A DNA stretch of 64,000 nt from positions 372 through 64,371 of the forward strand of contig NZ_JAHZIA010000027.1 of NCBI RefSeq assembly GCF_019420015.1. The letters run 5' to 3'. Positions within the stretch are counted from its first letter, which is position 1; the number at the start of each line of letters is the position of its first letter. The DNA comes from Anaerofustis sp. (GTDB lineage Bacteria; Bacillota; Clostridia; Eubacteriales; Anaerofustaceae). Of the stretch, positions 1 to 9,243 are shown piece after piece. A program made the position numbers and the translations under genes. The notes below the pieces were generated by a model, which made no database searches, was not told the DNA's origin, and saw nothing but the letters and a program-made list of their open reading frames with translations.

Positions 1-227
1 TCCTTCACCTCCAAGGTCTCTTTTCCCTCATTTTTATCCTTTAACAAATAATCAGTACTTACATTTAAAACTTCGGATAAACGTATAAGCTTTGAAATTT
101 CAGGGTGTGAAAGAGATAACTCCCACTTGGAAACAGTCTGCCTTGAGACCTCCAGCATTTCCGCAAGCCGATCCTGTGTAAAATTTAAATTTTTTCTGGC
201 TTTTGCAATTTTTTCTCCGATATTCAT
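1..227 (-). CDS. XRE-family (Cro/C1-type) helix-turn-helix transcriptional regulator; the 3' end runs off the window
   Basis: Reverse-strand translation from the ATG at 225-227 gives MNIGEKIAKARKNLNFTQDRLAEMLEVSRQTVSKWELSLSHPEISKLIRLSEVLNVSTDYLLKDK..., a typical HTH_3 pattern. A GAGGT RBS lies just upstream. The + strand ORF 127..321 is antisense noise. Confidence 0.8.
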   Translation of the reverse strand, partial: MNIGEKIAKARKNLNFTQDRLAEMLEVSRQTVSKWELSLSHPEISKLIRLSEVLNVSTDYLLKDKNEGKETLEVK

Positions 228-424
228 TTTATACCTCACATATGTAAAATTTAATTTTATACAAAGTTTTATCAAATTCAATGTATCTTTTCTTACAATA
301 CCTATTTTACCATTTATATAAGAAAATAAAACCAATTATCGGTTTCAAAATGCAACTTATAAGTGCTCTTAAAAGTTTTAAAAAGAAATAAAACAATACT
401 TATATTTGAAAATACACGTTATAA

Positions 425-1078
425 TCAAGCGTTATTTTTAATCCTTTCAATACCTTTATAAACAGATGGAATTGAAATAATGGCAACGGTAATCAAGGCT
501 TCGGCTCCGATATATATACCGTTATATACCAACGAATACGGAAGAGGCGCCCATCCCTCCCACGCATACATACCAAAGAAAATCCAACCGGAAATTACAA
601 CAAAAACATATCTGCCTAAAACCCCAAGCAAATACCCCTTAAGAAGTCCTTTTTTCGACTTATAAAAAACACCTGATAATCCAAGGGCTCCAAAAGCCAT
701 AACATAATCAATAATAACCTGCAAAGGAAAAACAATATAAGGCTGAATGATAAATTGAAGTATACCGTATGCACTTGCCGTTAAAATACCGGTTATGGGT
801 CCGTAAAAATACCCTGCAAGACACACAACGAGCATACTGCATAAAGTAATTGCTCCTCCAAACGGGAACTCATAAACTTTAAGCATTGAAGCAACTGTAC
901 CGAGAGCTATTATCATTGCACAAAATACCAACTGTTTTGTGCTCATAGTTTTCTTTTCTCTCTTCTTTGAAAAAAACACCGCAAGGAGCAATACTCCAAC
1001 CAACAAAACAAATAAGGCTACATAACCATAATTTGTAAGAACATAACCGTCTGCAGTAGCAGACACAAAAAATGACAT
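425..1078 (-). CDS. thiT: Thiamine transporter, ECF S-component ThiT-like membrane protein
   Basis: Polytopic 217-aa membrane protein directly downstream of a TPP riboswitch. The sequence from Met45 (MSTKQLVFCAMIIALGTVASML...) looks like ThiT. The long form has a strong AAGGAGG RBS before the ATG at 1078. Confidence 0.7.
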   Translation of the reverse strand: MSFFVSATADGYVLTNYGYVALFVLLVGVLLLAVFFSKKREKKTMSTKQLVFCAMIIALGTVASMLKVYEFPFGGAITLCSMLVVCLAGYFYGPITGILTASAYGILQFIIQPYIVFPLQVIIDYVMAFGALGLSGVFYKSKKGLLKGYLLGVLGRYVFVVISGWIFFGMYAWEGWAPLPYSLVYNGIYIGAEALITVAIISIPSVYKGIERIKNNA

Positions 1079-1124
1079 AAAAAATCCTCCTTATATAAAC
1101 AAAACAGGAGGTACAAAAGATTTT

Positions 1125-1206
1125 CAGCTTCCTTACGCCGGCATAACCCGGATCAAGTAGTAAGGGTAAACATTATGTTTTCTCAGCCCGAAGGCTCCCC
1201 TAGCTT
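1125..1206 (-). promoter_or_regulatory. TPP (THI-box) riboswitch
   Basis: The reverse complement reads GGGGAGCCTTCGGGCTGAGAAAACATAATGTTTACCCTTACTACTTGATCCGGGTTATGCCGGCGTAAGGAAGC. It contains the conserved CTGAGA, ACCC..GATC(T/C)GG.TAATGCC.GCGTAGGGA-type elements. Confidence 0.9.
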
Positions 1207-1274
1207 TGTTTATTTTATTAAATTTTTATTATTTTATCATCGACAAAAAATAATGTCAAACTTTATTTATGTAT

Positions 1275-1520
1275 TTATAAATATTTGTCAAAATTTTTAA
1301 AATCGTCTTTATTTTTAAGCCAAAAAATTTTGCTGAATTTCAAAGAATCGACATTAACACATGCGCTTTCACATCCACATATAATAACGGCAATATCGAA
1401 ACTTCCTTCACAATCATATGAAACATTAATACCTGAATTCTTTCTTAACAAGTTATTCAACTCTTTTATTCTGTCATACCTTGGATTGCATCCTCCGCAA
1501 TATTTTACATAAATATCCAT
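1275..1520 (-). CDS. Small cysteine-rich hypothetical protein (81 aa, six Cys including a CGGC motif)
   Basis: ORF MDIYVKYCGGCNPRYDR...IICGCESACVNV. The coding direction matches its neighbours. No family is recognised with confidence. Confidence 0.5.
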   Translation of the reverse strand: MDIYVKYCGGCNPRYDRIKELNNLLRKNSGINVSYDCEGSFDIAVIICGCESACVNVDSLKFSKIFWLKNKDDFKNFDKYL

Positions 1521-1631
1521 AAATTCACATCCTTAAAAGACATAAAAAATATCCGCTGACTTTTATTTTATCAAAACTTTAAACACAAGGATTATCTTAA
1601 ATTTAAATATCCTATAAACATTATATATGCG

Positions 1632-1904
1632 TTAATGTTTTAATATTTTTTTCGCAATATCTATTAATTCTTCGCTGACTTCTTCAACTAAAATAACATC
1701 TTTGACTTCGGCAAGTTCATCCATAATATTGAACTTTATCAAATCTTCATTGGTCGCTTTTGCGGCAGGACATGAAGAACATGCTCCTATAAGCTTAACT
1801 TTTAATATACCTTCATTATACTCTTTTACAACAACATCTCCCCCATGACTTCTAAGAGAAGGTCTGACTTTTTCATCAAGAATTTTTTCTATTTTTTTCA
1901 ACAT
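1632..1904 (-). CDS. NifU-like (Nfu-type C-terminal domain) Fe-S cluster scaffold/carrier protein
   Basis: VRPSLRSHGGDV...GACSSCPAAKATNEDLI carries the CxxC Nfu signature. The second ATG (1904, MLKKIEK) has the better GGTGA RBS. Confidence 0.8.
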   Translation of the reverse strand: MLKKIEKILDEKVRPSLRSHGGDVVVKEYNEGILKVKLIGACSSCPAAKATNEDLIKFNIMDELAEVKDVILVEEVSEELIDIAKKILKH

Positions 1905-2096
1905 AATTATCACCATCCAACATAATTATTATATCCTACGAAGAAAATAATTACAATTACTTATTAATTCTACCAAAACACAAAATCTTTATTATTGAAT
2001 TAATAAGCCGAAACTACTAGAATAACAAACAAACTTTTGTTGTAAAAATGCAACAAAAAGAGTAAAATAAAGATATATTTCTTATGGGAGTTTTAT

Positions 2097-3494
2097 ATGG
2101 ACAGCAAATTTGAAATGTTTAAAAATTTACAAGAGGCAAATGAAAGGCTGGACGCAGTAATAGAAAATTCTTTTGACGGAATTTACATTACTGACAATAA
2201 AGCCAATACAATAAAGGTAAATAAATCATATGAGATGATAACCGGACTAAAAAAAGAAGAAGTTCTGGGCAAAAACATGATAGATTTAATAAAAAACAAT
2301 GTAATATCAATCTCAGGATCCGTTCTTGCATTAAAAAAGAAAAAGCCCGTAACACTAAAACAGGAGTTTAAAACCGGGAAAAAAGCTTTAATAACCAGTT
2401 CTCCGGTATTCGACAATAAAGGTAACATAATTATGGTTGTCACCAATGTAAGAGACCTAACAGAAATATATAACCTGAAAGAAGAAGTAAACAAAAACCT
2501 ACTGTCTAAAGTCACAAATGACAAAAATACAACGCATTCAAAAGAGAACTCCTCACTGTCGGAAAAATTAATATGTGTAGACAAAAATTCCATCGCAACA
2601 TTGGATATGGCAAGAAAAGTCGCTCCCCTGGATACCACGGTAATGCTTATGGGTGATACGGGAGTGGGTAAAGAATTATTTGCCAACTATATATACAAGA
2701 ACAGTTCAAGAAAAAACAAACCCTTTATAAAAGTTAATTGTGGTGCAATACCTCAAGGTCTGGTTGAAAGTGAATTCTTCGGATACGTAAAAGGGGCATT
2801 TACAGGTGCGGACAAAAACGGAAAAGAAGGATTATTTGAAGCCGCAAATAACGGAACGATATTCTTGGATGAAATAGGAGAACTTCCTCTCTCTATGCAG
2901 GTAAAACTGCTTAGGGTTTTACAGGAGCAAGAAATTGAAAGAGTCGGAGGAACAAAACCGATTAAAATAAATGTCAGAATAATCGCTGCCACAAATGCAG
3001 ATTTGGATAAACTTGTTGAAGAAAAAGTATTCAGAAAAGATTTGTATGACAGATTAATAGTGTTCCCTATTCATATTCCGGCATTAAAAGACAGAAGAGA
3101 AGATATTATCCCGCTAACGGATTTTTTCACCGATAAATTCAATAAAAAATACGACTTCAACAAATATTTTGACAAAGAGGCATTAAATAAATTAAAGGAG
3201 TATTCTTGGCCCGGCAATATAAGAGAGTTGAGAAATATAGTTGAAAGAGGCTTAATATTAAGTGACAACAAGAAGGTTACGTTAAAAGATCTCCCTTTTA
3301 ATGAAAAACCCAAAGAAGACTTCGTCGGGTTCAGATTAAAAGAAACGAACAATTTAAAAAAGTTAACCGAAAGCATAGAACTTGAATATATAAATCATGC
3401 TTACCAAAAATACAAAAATGTCAGAGAAGCGGCTGAAAGCCTTGGAATGGACCCATCAACATTCGTGCGAAAAAGAAAAAGATATTCAAAATAA
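2097..3494 (+). CDS. Sigma-54-dependent transcriptional activator (PAS sensor, AAA+ sigma-54 interaction domain, Fis-type HTH)
   Basis: Walker [16 protein letters not shown], an intact GAFTGA loop, Walker B IFLDEIGE, and a C-terminal HTH ([21 protein letters not shown]). The N-terminus is PAS-like (SFDGIYITD...). Confidence 0.9.
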   Translation: MDSKFEMFKNLQEANERLDAVIENSFDGIYITDNKANTIKVNKSYEMITGLKKEEVLGKNMIDLIKNNVISISGSVLALKKKKPVTLKQEFKTGKKALITSSPVFDNKGNIIMVVTNVRDLTEIYNLKEEVNKNLLSKVTNDKNTTHSKENSSLSEKLICVDKNSIATLDMARKVAPLDTTVMLMGDTGVGKELFANYIYKNSSRKNKPFIKVNCGAIPQGLVESEFFGYVKGAFTGADKNGKEGLFEAANNGTIFLDEIGELPLSMQVKLLRVLQEQEIERVGGTKPIKINVRIIAATNADLDKLVEEKVFRKDLYDRLIVFPIHIPALKDRREDIIPLTDFFTDKFNKKYDFNKYFDKEALNKLKEYSWPGNIRELRNIVERGLILSDNKKVTLKDLPFNEKPKEDFVGFRLKETNNLKKLTESIELEYINHAYQKYKNVREAAESLGMDPSTFVRKRKRYSK

Positions 3495-3522
3495 AACGGC
3501 ATAATGTTTATTGCCGTTTTTT
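3493..3522 (+). terminator. Intrinsic terminator after the sigma-54 activator gene
   Basis: Stem AAAACGGCA/TGCCGTTTT followed by a T-run. Confidence 0.7.
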
Positions 3523-3774
3523 ATGCAATCAGCTTTTATATTAATACACATTAATATACATAATAAAATATATAATTTATAATTCTAAAGCATATATATT
3601 ATTAAATCCCAATATTTATTTTGCATTTATAACAAAATAAAATTACAAAATCGCAATATATCAATTTAAAGTCAATTTTTCATCAAAACTTCGACAATTT
3701 AGAACGACAAATATGTAGTATAATATCTCTTGTATTATGTTTAAATAATAAAAAAGGAAAAAGAGGTTTGGGGA

Positions 3775-4101
3775 ATGAGTATGAAAAATTTAAACAAAAA
3801 TATGGAAACAAATGGCACGGAAAGCGAATCCTTCTCAGCGGAAACGAGGATCAACGGTTCCACTGCAAATTCAATGAAAGATTCTTTAATAAAATCTTTA
3901 TCAAAACTGGAAATGTCCGTTTTAACGCTAAACAGAAAAGACATAAATTCTATCATCAAAACATATGAGGACTTAAACGAACTAAAAAAATTAATGAAAT
4001 ATGTAAGAAAATATGTTCCGATAAATAATTTTATCTTAAATCATATTCAAGGACATATAGACAAATACGAATTTTATCTTAGAAATAAGTTTCAAATATA
4101 A
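3775..4101 (+). CDS. Hypothetical protein (108 aa, predicted helical and soluble)
   Basis: ORF with an AAAGAGG RBS region upstream and a terminator downstream. No motif is recognised. The overlapping ORFs 3741..3959(-) and 3768..3968(+) are less plausible. Confidence 0.45.
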   Translation: MSMKNLNKNMETNGTESESFSAETRINGSTANSMKDSLIKSLSKLEMSVLTLNRKDINSIIKTYEDLNELKKLMKYVRKYVPINNFILNHIQGHIDKYEFYLRNKFQI

Positions 4102-4285
4102 TTAAATATACTTTATTTAAAAAGGCTGTTATAAAGCAGTCTTTTTATTTTGAGCATAATGTATTTAATTTACCGATATTTTATTTTTTATAAATTTCAA
4201 ATAAAGTACTATATGTAAATTAAACAATATATAATACCAAATCCATAAAAATAGACAATATCATATAACGTTCCTATACAAAACA

Positions 4286-4318
4286 AATAAAAAAGAGATT
4301 ACATAACGTAACCTCTTT
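4286..4318 (-). terminator. Intrinsic terminator after the aldo/keto reductase gene
   Basis: On the minus strand: AAAGAGGTTAC-loop-GTAATCTCTTT followed by a T-run. Confidence 0.6.
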
Positions 4319-4328
4319 GATCAAAACA

Positions 4329-5180
4329 TTAAAAATCAACATCGTCAGGATCGGCACATTGACCTCCGCAATAAGGAATGTTGTCAATAAGAGCCATATC
4401 CTCTTTTGTCAAATTAAAATCAAATATATTTGCATTCTCTACTATCCTGTTTGGAGTAACCGATTTCGGAAGAGGAAGTATATTATGCTGCAAAACCCAT
4501 CTCAAACATATTTGAGCAGCAGATTTATTGTATTTTTCAGCAAGAGAAAGTAATTTTTCATTGCTTAAAGCATCCTTTCTTCCAAGAGGAGACCAAGCCT
4601 CGACAACTATATCATTATCAATGCAATACTCGGCAGTTTCAATCTGAGCAAATCCGGGATGAAATTCTATTTGATTTACCATAGGCTTAATTTTAGCGGT
4701 TTTCATCAAAGCTTCTATATGATGAGGAAGGAAGTTGCTTAACCCTATCGCTTTTACTCTTCCGCTTCCATATATCTCTTCAAAAGCTTTCCATGTCTGT
4801 GCATTTATCTCTTCCGCATTATCAAATTGTTTTTTTATAGCCGGCCAATGGATTAAGAACAAATCAAGATATTCAAGTCCAAGATTATCCATTGTCTTTT
4901 CAAAAGCAATCTTTGCACTTTCGTATCCTCTGTCACTGTTCCAAAGCTTACTTGTAACAAATATATCTTCTCTTTTTACTCCGCTTTCTTTTATTGCTTT
5001 TCCGACACCTTTTTCGTTTTGATAAAAATATGCAGTGTCTATATGTCTGTATCCTGCTTTTAATGCCTCCTTGACACCGCTTACAACACTCTCTCCGTCA
5101 GGGGTCTGGAATGTACCGTATCCGACACATGGAATACCGATACCGTTATTTAATGTAAAGACATCTGTTAAATTTTTCAT
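4329..5180 (-). CDS. Aldo/keto reductase (2,5-diketo-D-gluconate reductase-like subfamily)
   Basis: GYGTFQ, GYRHIDTAYFYQNE, LDLFLIHWP and IVVEAWSPLG are typical AKR signatures. Confidence 0.9.
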   Translation of the reverse strand: MKNLTDVFTLNNGIGIPCVGYGTFQTPDGESVVSGVKEALKAGYRHIDTAYFYQNEKGVGKAIKESGVKREDIFVTSKLWNSDRGYESAKIAFEKTMDNLGLEYLDLFLIHWPAIKKQFDNAEEINAQTWKAFEEIYGSGRVKAIGLSNFLPHHIEALMKTAKIKPMVNQIEFHPGFAQIETAEYCIDNDIVVEAWSPLGRKDALSNEKLLSLAEKYNKSAAQICLRWVLQHNILPLPKSVTPNRIVENANIFDFNLTKEDMALIDNIPYCGGQCADPDDVDF

Positions 5181-5372
5181 TTCGCACCTCTTATTTTTAA
5201 TTATATTTATATTTTAACATAATCTGAAACGTTATGTAAATTTCTATAAAATATTTTTATTAAATTTATCATATACCCCTATTTGAACAAAAGTGATAAA
5301 TTTATCTATGCAACATAAACATTTTAAGTTATAATTAATTTAATTTATCAATTAACAAAAAAGAGGTTAAAA

Positions 5373-6200
5373 ATGAACATACAATGGTATCCGGGGCATA
5401 TGGCAAAAGCCACAAGACTTATAAAAGAAGATCTTAAAAACGTAGATATAATAATAAAGCTTTTGGACTCAAGAGCCGTATTAAGAAGTGAAAACAAAGA
5501 TTTCAACAAAATAATAAATCAAAAAAAATCCATCAAAATATACAACAAATCAGATTTGAGTGATGAAAAAGCTACAAAGGAATGGATTTCATATTTCAAA
5601 GATAAAAATGAAGATGTATTCTTCATTGACTCCATAAGCAAAAAAGGTATAAACGAAGTTGTCGAATACTTAAACAGTTTAAAATCAAAATTCAGATCAA
5701 ACAGAGAAGTAAGGGCTATGGTTGTCGGAATACCAAATGTGGGTAAATCGATGTTTATAAACTCTATAACAAAAAAATCCAATGCAAAAACAGGAAACAG
5801 ACCGGGAGTAACCCTATCAAAACAATGGATTAAAGTAAAAGGCGAACTATACTTATTGGACACACCGGGAGTTCTTCCTCCCAAATTCGAGAATTTGGAG
5901 GATGGAGTATGCCTTGCATCTTTAGGTTCTGTAAAAGAAACTATACTCGACAGAGAGGAGTTATGTCTTAAACTTATTGAATTTTTAATTGACAATTATC
6001 CAAACAATTTAAAAGAAAGATATAAACTGGACAATGTAAACAATCCCCCCCTTGAAGTATACGAAGACATAGGAAGAAAACGAGGATTTCTCTTAAAAGG
6101 AGGAGAAATCGATTATTTAAGAACCGCAGTAACGGTTTTGGATGAATTTAAAAACGGACAAATCGGCCGTATGTCATTTGATAAAGTATCAGATCTATAG
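5373..6200 (+). CDS. rbgA: Ribosome biogenesis GTPase A (YlqF/RbgA)
   Basis: MNIQWYPGHMAKA N-terminus and circularly permuted GTPase motifs (NKSDL ... GIPNVGKS ... DTPG). Sits in rbgA-rnhB synteny. Confidence 0.92.
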   Translation: MNIQWYPGHMAKATRLIKEDLKNVDIIIKLLDSRAVLRSENKDFNKIINQKKSIKIYNKSDLSDEKATKEWISYFKDKNEDVFFIDSISKKGINEVVEYLNSLKSKFRSNREVRAMVVGIPNVGKSMFINSITKKSNAKTGNRPGVTLSKQWIKVKGELYLLDTPGVLPPKFENLEDGVCLASLGSVKETILDREELCLKLIEFLIDNYPNNLKERYKLDNVNNPPLEVYEDIGRKRGFLLKGGEIDYLRTAVTVLDEFKNGQIGRMSFDKVSDL

Positions 6201-6211
6201 GAGGTATTGGT

Positions 6212-7342
6212 ATGATTGACGTTAAAAACACAAAAATTACGATTATAAAAGAAATGTTGAACGATATCCCTTTTAATGAATATGAAAAATACATCGAAGC
6301 CTTTAAAGCTGATGACAGAAAGGCAGTTCATAAATACGCATTAAAACTTCAGCGAACACTTGATGCATATAACAAAGAAGTAACAAGATTAAACAACATG
6401 AAAGAATACGAGTATCACCTTTATGAAAAAGGCTGCAAATATATAGCCGGCATTGATGAAGTAGGAAGAGGACCTTTGGCGGGACCTGTAGTTACGGCCA
6501 GTGTAATAATGCCAAAAGACAGCAAAATAATGTATATAAATGATTCAAAAGCACTCAGTTCTCAAAAAAGAACAGAGTTGGCAGAAAAAATAAAATCGGA
6601 AGCTTTGGATTATTCATACGGCATTGTGGATAACAAAGAGATAGATAAAATAAATATACTTAACGCAACAAAAAAAGCAATGCTAAGCTCCGTAGAAAAT
6701 CTTAAATTAAAACCTGATGCACTTCTTATAGATGCAGTTACAATCGATACCGATATAGAGCAAAAATCCTTTATAAAAGGCGACAGTAAAATCTACAGTA
6801 TAAGTGCGGCAAGCATACTTGCAAAAGTATACAGAGACAAATTAATGGACGAATACGCAAAACAATATCCTGATTACGGTTTTGATAAAAACAAAGGATA
6901 CGGAACGGCAGAACATATGGAAGCCATAAAAATGAACGGGCTTACTCCGATTCACCGAACTTCTTTTACGCAGAACATAGTAAAAAGTGCAGTTGAAAAA
7001 GGAAGAAGTTATGAAAATGTAGTAGTAAATTACTTGGCAAAACAAGGTTATACCATACTAAACAGAAATTATAAATGCTCTTACGGAGAAGTAGACATAA
7101 TAATAAAAAAGGACGATATGATTGTTTTTGTCGAAGTTAAAGGGAGACATAAAAATATCATTCCGCCCAAAAATTATGTGGAAACATCAAAACAAAAAAG
7201 AATAATAGACAGTGCTCAAAATTATCTGAAAGAAAAAAATATGACGGATAAATATAAAATACGATTTGATGTCGTTGAAATTATAAACAAAACAAAAGGA
7301 ACTTTCGATATAAATATAATAAAAGACGCATTCAGAGCTTGA
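6212..7342 (+). CDS. rnhB: Ribonuclease HII fused in frame to a YraN/UPF0102 endonuclease-like domain
   Basis: The N-terminal ~260 aa carry GIDEVGRGPLAGPVV, DSK, KGYGT and HR..F motifs of RNase HII. The C-terminal ~110 aa (YENVVVNYLAKQGYTILNRNYKCSYGEVDIIIKKDDMIVFVEVKGR...RFDVVEI) match the YraN family pattern. There is no stop between the two. Confidence 0.85.
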   Translation: MIDVKNTKITIIKEMLNDIPFNEYEKYIEAFKADDRKAVHKYALKLQRTLDAYNKEVTRLNNMKEYEYHLYEKGCKYIAGIDEVGRGPLAGPVVTASVIMPKDSKIMYINDSKALSSQKRTELAEKIKSEALDYSYGIVDNKEIDKINILNATKKAMLSSVENLKLKPDALLIDAVTIDTDIEQKSFIKGDSKIYSISAASILAKVYRDKLMDEYAKQYPDYGFDKNKGYGTAEHMEAIKMNGLTPIHRTSFTQNIVKSAVEKGRSYENVVVNYLAKQGYTILNRNYKCSYGEVDIIIKKDDMIVFVEVKGRHKNIIPPKNYVETSKQKRIIDSAQNYLKEKNMTDKYKIRFDVVEIINKTKGTFDINIIKDAFRA

Positions 7343-7518
7343 TACATATTACCTTAACAATCATATTAAATATAAAACAACCATGCTTTAATGAACATAA
7401 TTTTAATTTTTATAAGCGCAATAATTTTTATATAAAAACATGATTTATCAAAAGGTATGCTTTACTAAAGAAAAAATATGTTATATACTTTATAAAGATT
7501 ATTTTTAAGGAGAAGAAA

Positions 7519-8613
7519 ATGAAAATCGGACTAGTAGGATTACCAAATGTAGGTAAAAGTACATTATTCAATGCACTCACAAAAGCAAACGCAGGAGCAG
7601 AAAACTACCCCTTTTGTACTATTGAGCCAAATGTGGGAGTTGTAAATGTTCCGGACGAAAGAATAGATAACTTAAGTAAACTTTACGATACATTAAAAAC
7701 AATTTATGCAACCGTTGAATTTGTGGATATTGCGGGACTTGTAAAAAATGCGGGAAAAGGCGAAGGACTGGGCAATCAGTTTCTTTCAAACATAAGAAAC
7801 GTACACGCGATACTTCAGGTGGTACGATGTTTTGACGACGGAAACATAACCCACGTAGACGGAAGCATAGACCCGGTAAGAGATGCCGAAACAATAAACT
7901 ACGAGCTTATTTTTTCCGACTTGGAATTAATAGACAAAAGAATAGCAACAGTACAAAAAGCGGCAAAAAGCGGCAGAAAAGAAGAAAAATTTATGCTTGC
8001 CACGCTGGAAAAAGCAAAAAAATACCTTGAAGACGGTAAATTCGTAAATTTGGACGAGTTTGACGAAAGTGAATCTGAGTATTTAAAATCACAGGATCTT
8101 CTTACTACAAAACCGATAATGTATGCGGCAAACGTAAGTGAAGATGATTTAACAAAAGACAATGACTACGTAAAATCGCTAAAAGAATATGTAAAAGAAG
8201 TAAACCCAAATATAGAAGTAATCAAAGTATGCGCAAAAATCGAAGCAGAACTCAGTGAACTCGACGAAGAAGAAAAAAAGATGTTCTTGGAAGACTTGGG
8301 AATAAAAGAATCAGGTCTGGATCAAATCATCAAAGAAGGATACAAAATACTTGATTTAATAACCTTCTTAACGGCGGGGAAACAGGAAGTAAAGGGATGG
8401 CAGATAAAAAAAGGAACCAAAGCACCCGGTGCTGCGGGAAAAATCCACTCTGACTTTGAGAGAGGATTCATCAGAGCCGAAGTAACAAAATACGATAAAC
8501 TTATGGAAGCCGGAAGCGACGTAAAAGCAAAAGAACTTGCATATACAAGAATCGAAGGAAAAGATTACGTTGTTGAAGACGGAGATGTAATATTTTTCAG
8601 ATTTAACGTTTAG
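7519..8613 (+). CDS. ychF: Redox-regulated ATPase YchF
   Basis: MKIGLVGLPNVGKSTLFNALT, the DIAGLV..A..GEGLGNQFL motif and a C-terminal TGS-like domain (FIRAEV...). Confidence 0.95.
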   Translation: MKIGLVGLPNVGKSTLFNALTKANAGAENYPFCTIEPNVGVVNVPDERIDNLSKLYDTLKTIYATVEFVDIAGLVKNAGKGEGLGNQFLSNIRNVHAILQVVRCFDDGNITHVDGSIDPVRDAETINYELIFSDLELIDKRIATVQKAAKSGRKEEKFMLATLEKAKKYLEDGKFVNLDEFDESESEYLKSQDLLTTKPIMYAANVSEDDLTKDNDYVKSLKEYVKEVNPNIEVIKVCAKIEAELSELDEEEKKMFLEDLGIKESGLDQIIKEGYKILDLITFLTAGKQEVKGWQIKKGTKAPGAAGKIHSDFERGFIRAEVTKYDKLMEAGSDVKAKELAYTRIEGKDYVVEDGDVIFFRFNV

Positions 8614-8644
8614 TTTAAAAAGAACATTGCAATAATTTATATAA

Positions 8645-8684
8645 AAATAAGAGATACAATATATTTGATATCTCTTATTTTTAT
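8645..8684 (+). terminator. Intrinsic terminator after ychF
   Basis: 12-bp stem AAATAAGAGATA/TATCTCTTATTT followed by a T-run. Confidence 0.75.
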
Positions 8685-8805
8685 TAGCATATGGATATTT
8701 TATTATAATTATGACGATTAACCTATTATCCGATTAAAAAATACTTGATATTATAAATTTCTTAATAAATATTTTAAGATATCTATCTTATATAATAAAA
8801 TTTTA

Positions 8806-9231
8806 TCACTTAATTATCTTTTTTAAAATATTAAAGAAATAAATAATACTTACAGTAAGCATAATATGAGATATGCCTGCCATTCCGGAAATTGATGCAT
8901 TTATTGGAGTGGACAAACTAACGTTTAGAACCTGAACAACTCCTCGTACCAATAACATGACAGAAAATAGACATAAAGAAATATTGTACCAAATATAAAA
9001 TATACTAAATTTTTTATTTTCTAAAATATCGGGATAACTTTTAATAAAAAGTGCTAATAAAAGAAAGAAAAAAACTCCTAATACAAACAAGTGAGTATGC
9101 ACTACTCCAAGTGTTGTTTTACCAGTAAATCCATTAAATTTTGTAAATTCTCTGTAAAATACTCCTGCTACAAATGCCAATATTGAATATACAAAAGACG
9201 TATTTATAATTTTTCTCATCGCTTCCTCCAC
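8806..9231 (-). CDS. Small integral membrane protein, DUF2871-like
   Basis: Four hydrophobic helices. The motif GVFYREFTKFNGFTG...HTHLFVLG resembles DUF2871 as I recall it. Confidence 0.55.
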   Translation of the reverse strand: MEEAMRKIINTSFVYSILAFVAGVFYREFTKFNGFTGKTTLGVVHTHLFVLGVFFFLLLALFIKSYPDILENKKFSIFYIWYNISLCLFSVMLLVRGVVQVLNVSLSTPINASISGMAGISHIMLTVSIIYFFNILKKIIK

Positions 9232-9243
9232 TAAAACATAAAT

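Noticed and set aside
127-321. 64-aa plus-strand ORF at the left edge
   Set aside because: It is antisense to a clear XRE-family HTH coding sequence (1..227, minus strand) and has no RBS.
3813-3826. TGGCACGGAAAGCG, a possible sigma-54 -24 element downstream of the sigma-54 activator
   Set aside because: The GG-to-GC spacing is 10 rather than 12 nt. The -12 region is GCGAA, not TTGCA/T. The site also lies inside the 108-aa coding sequence, downstream of its start.
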